A DNA stretch of 11,500 nt. It comes from Pseudomonadota bacterium. Its GTDB lineage: Bacteria; Bdellovibrionota_B; Oligoflexia; Oligoflexales; CAIMVM01. Shown here in pieces: positions 6,149 through 11,500 of the stretch (the stretch's first letter is position 1; the number at the start of each line of letters is the position of its first letter). The position numbers and the translations under genes are program-made. The stretch lies in assembly GCA_037142195.1 (NCBI GenBank), contig JBAXBA010000105.1, positions 1-11,500 of the forward strand, in the 5' to 3' direction. The notes beneath the pieces are model-generated. The model made no database searches, was not told where the DNA came from, and was given only the letters and a program-made list of their open reading frames with translations.

Positions 6149-7429
6149 TCAACGTGGTTGTTGAATCAGCCACTCACTATTTATCTTCTGGGCTGCGGCG
6201 GCAGTTTCGTTTATTGTACGAAATGTGATTGCAGGTTGGTGGTCCGTATAGCCAAAGTGTCGGGTTGAAGTGGCCAGAAAATTGCGCATACCTACCCCTG
6301 GTTTCAAATCAAACTTAGAATTGCTATACATCTCCTTCTCATCTCGAGTCGTTTTGGGAGCATTATTCTCAACAAAAAGCCTTTGCCATCCAGCATTGTG
6401 ACAAGAAATACAGTCTGTATTATTTCTATTAGCAAGAAGAGGATTATCGATTCGAAAACTATTCTTTAGAATCCCAAAACCAGACTCTTCCATAATTCTC
6501 TGATCCTCTAGTTTTTCGTCGATAAGGAATCTCCCCAGCGCCGGCCAAAACACTTTAAAAAATGGCTGAAGATTTTCTGAGGAGCTTGATTCAGGCACAA
6601 TATTTAGACCGTCAAAACCACTTGCAAATTTTTTTGAAGTTGGATCGGCAATAGCTTCATAATCTTGTAGTTTCTTCTCGATCATTCCAAAGACAAGCTT
6701 CTTTTTTTCTTGATCTTGAGCAAGTATCGCAGCACGATATAGGTTCTTATTGTCTCCATAATTTGCAATTATTGTTTTCAAGCTTTTTGAATAGACGCTA
6801 TTCATTCCCGCAGCTTCAATTCCAGGATGAACCTTTAAACGACCAGCTGTACTAACTGAAGATTTAACTTTAAAATCTAAGAGATCTCGAATCAGGGACT
6901 GAAAACTGTCATTATCTAAACGATATATTAAATGAATGGCCGTTTCAGAAGTTTCTCTACTCCCTAAATCTCCCTCTTTATCGTTAAAAAGAGGGGGAAA
7001 GTACTGAGCAACAAGTCGAAACTCGAGCTTACATGAAGTGTCTTTTTCTACGTCTGAGGGTGCACAGGGATCGGCCCTCATACTGATTATGCGATATTCC
7101 TGATAGAGGCTTGCACTCGAAAGGTCAATGCCTTTAAACTCATTCCTTACGACTGTCGAAATGAGCTGATCAAACACCGGCTTTTTAAAAAGAATTCGCT
7201 GATTTGCCCCTTGCTTAAATTCAAATCCCAAATAATTATCGAGATCAGACTCTTTCTCTGGATACGGAAGCAATACAGAAATATCATTAAGATCAAATTT
7301 AACCTCTTTGAATTCAGTTACATCCGAACTCGAACTTTTTTCAAAATATTTGCATCCGCAATTTTGTGCTAAAAGACAAATCATTATGAACTTAGAAGTG
7401 CTAGATATCGAAAAAATATGTGGAATCAT
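6149..7429 (-). CDS. Exported protein/lipoprotein with a single CxxCH (possible c-type haem) motif
   Basis: Long ORF; ATG 7429 preceded by GGAGG is a better start than 7456; N-terminal FIMICLLAQNCGC; DNPLLANRNNTDCISCH near the C-terminus; AT-richer than groEL. Confidence 0.75.
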   Translation of the reverse strand: MIPHIFSISSTSKFIMICLLAQNCGCKYFEKSSSSDVTEFKEVKFDLNDISVLLPYPEKESDLDNYLGFEFKQGANQRILFKKPVFDQLISTVVRNEFKGIDLSSASLYQEYRIISMRADPCAPSDVEKDTSCKLEFRLVAQYFPPLFNDKEGDLGSRETSETAIHLIYRLDNDSFQSLIRDLLDFKVKSSVSTAGRLKVHPGIEAAGMNSVYSKSLKTIIANYGDNKNLYRAAILAQDQEKKKLVFGMIEKKLQDYEAIADPTSKKFASGFDGLNIVPESSSSENLQPFFKVFWPALGRFLIDEKLEDQRIMEESGFGILKNSFRIDNPLLANRNNTDCISCHNAGWQRLFVENNAPKTTRDEKEMYSNSKFDLKPGVGMRNFLATSTRHFGYTDHQPAITFRTINETAAAAQKINSEWLIQQPR

Positions 7430-7618
7430 AGAGCCTCCGCCTGCACATACTCTCAATGTGCAAATTTACCATGATCTTCGGCTTTATAAATTAAATCTAA
7501 AGCCAAGGCCTTAGGCCTGATCACAGTAATTTAGATTTTTCCCGCTTAATATTCGTTAGGTTAGCTGTAAAATCCCTTGAAATGACACCCTGCTACAATT
7601 TAAAATTCAGACTGTAGC

Positions 7619-7656
7619 AAAAATCCCGAACCGGCCCTAAAGCCGATCCGGGATTT
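7619..7656 (-). terminator. Rho-independent terminator of the groESL transcript (carried by element A)
   Basis: Minus-strand RNA AAAUCCCGGAUCGGC-uuuagg-GCCGGUUCGGGAUUU-UU, a 15-bp stem that is fully paired only on the minus strand (two G:U pairs); 98 bp past the groEL stop. Confidence 0.85.
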
Positions 7657-7686
7657 CTTTTTCGTGAGAAAGTTACGATTCTGAAA

Positions 7687-7710
7687 TCGTCATCATTTTT
7701 CGTCATCGTC
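7687..7710 (+). repeat. TCGTCATCAT / TCGTCATCGTC pair (13-bp period), candidate arm-type sites of element A
   Basis: Starts at 7687 and 7700 (-67/-54 from 7754); same motif as 4971/4982. Confidence 0.75.
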
Positions 7711-7753
7711 AGTATTTTGATCGGTATAACCGACCGAAACCACAAGCATAGAT

Positions 7754-9424
<1,671 letters not shown>

Positions 9425-9478
9425 TTATTGTTTAATTCAATTCTCATTTAAAATATTAAGTATCTTAAACTTTTTTAA

Positions 9479-9769
9479 TTACTTAACGATGATTCCAAGC
9501 AAATCATCTTCACGTAGGATGAGGTGCTCATGGCCATCAATTTTTACTTCAGAGCCAGCATATTTGCTGAACATGACTTTATCGCCCACAGCGACATCAG
9601 GCTTATGTAGAGTGCCGTCTTCTAATCTGCGGCCATTGCCTACAGCGATCACTTCACCTTCCATGGGTTTTTCTTTAGCAGCGTCTGGAATGATGATTCC
9701 ACCAGAACTCTTGGTTTCTAATTCAATTCTTTTCACGAGAATGCGATCTTGAACTGGTCTAATTTTCAT
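9479..9769 (-). CDS. groES: Co-chaperonin GroES
   Basis: 96 aa; [40 protein letters not shown]. Confidence 0.99.
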   Translation of the reverse strand: MKIRPVQDRILVKRIELETKSSGGIIIPDAAKEKPMEGEVIAVGNGRRLEDGTLHKPDVAVGDKVMFSKYAGSEVKIDGHEHLILREDDLLGIIVK

Positions 9770-9878
9770 AAAACGAATTCCTCCAATTAAAACATTGCGC
9801 CATCTAAAAAAACGGCTGGTTGACAGAGATACTTCTTGCCGCGGAATATTTCTATTCCACTATGACTGAAGTAGCAAG

Positions 9879-9906
9879 AGCTTAAGTTCATATGGAAACA
9901 AGTCAA
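9879..9906 (-). promoter_or_regulatory. Putative sigma70-type promoter of groESL
   Basis: TTGACT (9906-9901), 16-bp spacer, TAAGCT (9884-9879). Confidence 0.5.
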
Positions 9907-10225
9907 GGGCTTCATGGCAAAAAGTATTTTTTGAATCTATGTTTAAATATTAAACAGGGGTTTGCTGGGAATCTCTTTGTCTGGCGCATTCCTATTTTTC
10001 TGGAGTTTTTTTTTCGAAGCAACTTAAGGACCTTTTTTTAGTTTCCTTCCACTTTTGGGGATTTCAGGACATTGAGCCGGTCGATTTCATGTGGACTGAG
10101 CCACCGGCCTCATCGGGAATGTTAGAGCTTGGATCGTTTTGCGTTACAGAGAGGATCCGTCTGTAAAAGAAAATCCCTCTTTGTTCCTAGAACAAAGAGG
10201 GCAGGGGATTGGCTACACGGGAGGT

Positions 10226-11086
10226 CTAACGGTTAAGAGCAAACGGATTGAGATCTGGGGATATATTGCAATATCCGAGAGAGGTTCGTCCGTATTTGCA
10301 TTGAGGATCGGCTGCACCTGTTGCCATCGGACTGCTCACGACTGCTGGGGATTTGGTGCTTCCTGCGGGTAGGGACGCCGAAGAGGAAATGCTAGGCCCT
10401 GAACTCGCAGGTGAAGGAGTTACAAACGCATCCGCGGGATTAAAGTTTTGATTGGTATAGGCATCCGCTGGGTTAAAGCTTGGGTTGATGGGAGGGAGCG
10501 AATTGCCGGAGTTAGCAGCGACGTTTGGAAGGGAGGGCTCCGGCACGGTCTGGCTCTTCACAGGAACATAAACCTCTGGCACTGCAGATGTGCAAATCGC
10601 TCCACAGTAAAAGGAACATGCTCTTCCAGGAGATACGACGATTTCTATGTGCCCGGCGGAGGCACTGTATCCGCACTGTCCAGGCTTCCAAACAATGACA
10701 CTGCCCACTGGAATATCTGAGCCTGAGACTGACATTTTTTTCAATTTAAAATTCTGTAGGAGCCCTTGAACGTTGGAATTCGCCCATCTCGCAAAATCAT
10801 AGGCATATTGGCTGCCTATGGGTAAATTCTCAATCTGATTTCCAAAGGTCCATTTAAGCGCTTTCCAGACTCTCCCCCAGCAAGGATTATAAGGCTCGGT
10901 TCTGGGAAGATTTGCGGCATCGGTGGCATTCTTTGAGAGCTGGCTTGCAAGTCCCACATCATAGGCCAAGTCGTATTTGGTGGCGTTACTATCATAATAA
11001 CCGGCAGTTTCACTTTGTTCGTCTTTATTTTTGCCACAGCTAGCAAGGATCATGGCAAACAAACAAATCTTTAACTTAGTCATCAT
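10226..11086 (-). CDS. Lipoprotein with CHAP/NlpC-P60-like cysteine amidase domain and Pro/Ser-rich C-terminus
   Basis: Lipobox LASC; candidate catalytic Cys (PCWGRVWKAL) and His (GSVIVW...AGHIEIV); GAGGA RBS. Confidence 0.7.
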   Translation of the reverse strand: MMTKLKICLFAMILASCGKNKDEQSETAGYYDSNATKYDLAYDVGLASQLSKNATDAANLPRTEPYNPCWGRVWKALKWTFGNQIENLPIGSQYAYDFARWANSNVQGLLQNFKLKKMSVSGSDIPVGSVIVWKPGQCGYSASAGHIEIVVSPGRACSFYCGAICTSAVPEVYVPVKSQTVPEPSLPNVAANSGNSLPPINPSFNPADAYTNQNFNPADAFVTPSPASSGPSISSSASLPAGSTKSPAVVSSPMATGAADPQCKYGRTSLGYCNISPDLNPFALNR

Positions 11087-11500
11087 TTTGTCCTCATTCT
11101 TTCCGTTCTGTATCAGGCAGGTCCAACACTCTTTTCGGATCGCTAGGGAAACGGCCCGATTTTTTTTTATGAGCCCAGATAGAGATATGGATTCGCTGGA
11201 TTGCAGGTGTGAAAATGGAAATAATTAGTCGCTGGCGCGAAACCCCAATCGGCTTAGAACCCTTGACGGTCAATTTATTCAAGTCTTTGTCAATTTATTG
11301 CCTTTTTCTTGGGAAATTCCCTTCATATTGTATTTTATGGTTAGGCAGCTTCTGTCATCTTGCCACCTTGGTGTCTTATCAATTGTCTTATATTGAACCC
11401 CAAGACAGATGCGTAGCCCGCCGCTAAGGTGGCTGCATCTGACTTCATTCGACTTTTTCCAAGTTGTCCGCGATGTTTTACATGACCGATCAGTGGTTCT

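Noticed and set aside
7591..7619. Inverted repeat TGCTACA-N15-TGTAGCA
   Set aside because: Only 7 bp with a long spacer and no counterpart in element B; a possible operator but unsupported.
2603..7753. Integrase gene within elements A or B
   Set aside because: No ORF of suitable size or with recombinase motifs; the unassigned gaps are too short for an intact gene, though small remnants cannot be excluded.
9770..10000. CIRCE or sigma32 promoter for groESL
   Set aside because: No CIRCE consensus; CTTGAC and CCATAT are only 6 bp apart, too close for sigma32.
11372..11392. TGTCTTAT direct repeat, also matching the reverse complement of positions 2-11
   Set aside because: Short AT-rich match with no supporting context; likely chance or a local regulator site.
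10139..11427. Small ORFs 10139-10372, 10448-10720, 10816-11046, 11031-11228, 11094-11282 and 11209-11427
   Set aside because: They overlap the lipoprotein gene or its upstream region and have no recognisable protein features.

Overview
The right side holds the groES-groEL operon (minus strand) and a CHAP/NlpC-P60-like lipoprotein gene. The left 7.7 kb is an accessory region built up at the 3' end of groEL. The last 26 bp of groEL (encoding GGMGGMM-stop) occur three times as direct repeats (2577-2602, 4817-4842, 7754-7779), differing only at one Gly wobble base and the stop codon. They delimit two small tandem elements, B (repeat-to-repeat 2240 bp) and A (2937 bp), with one shared architecture: a replacement groEL end, a terminator about 95-100 bp past the stop, paired short repeats at equivalent distances from both ends (element-specific sequences, resembling integrase arm sites), one homologous 105-117 aa ribbon-helix-helix-like gene followed by a hairpin, and different cargo. 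B carries an HTH + Fic pair (mobile mystery protein A/B type); A carries a CxxCH-containing exported protein and a phage-like gene remnant. Neither element encodes a recognisable integrase. Left of the outermost repeat lie an intact AbiEi/AbiEii type IV toxin-antitoxin operon with twin operators and a decayed second AbiE pair. The exported proteins suggest a Bdellovibrionota-like host (inference only).
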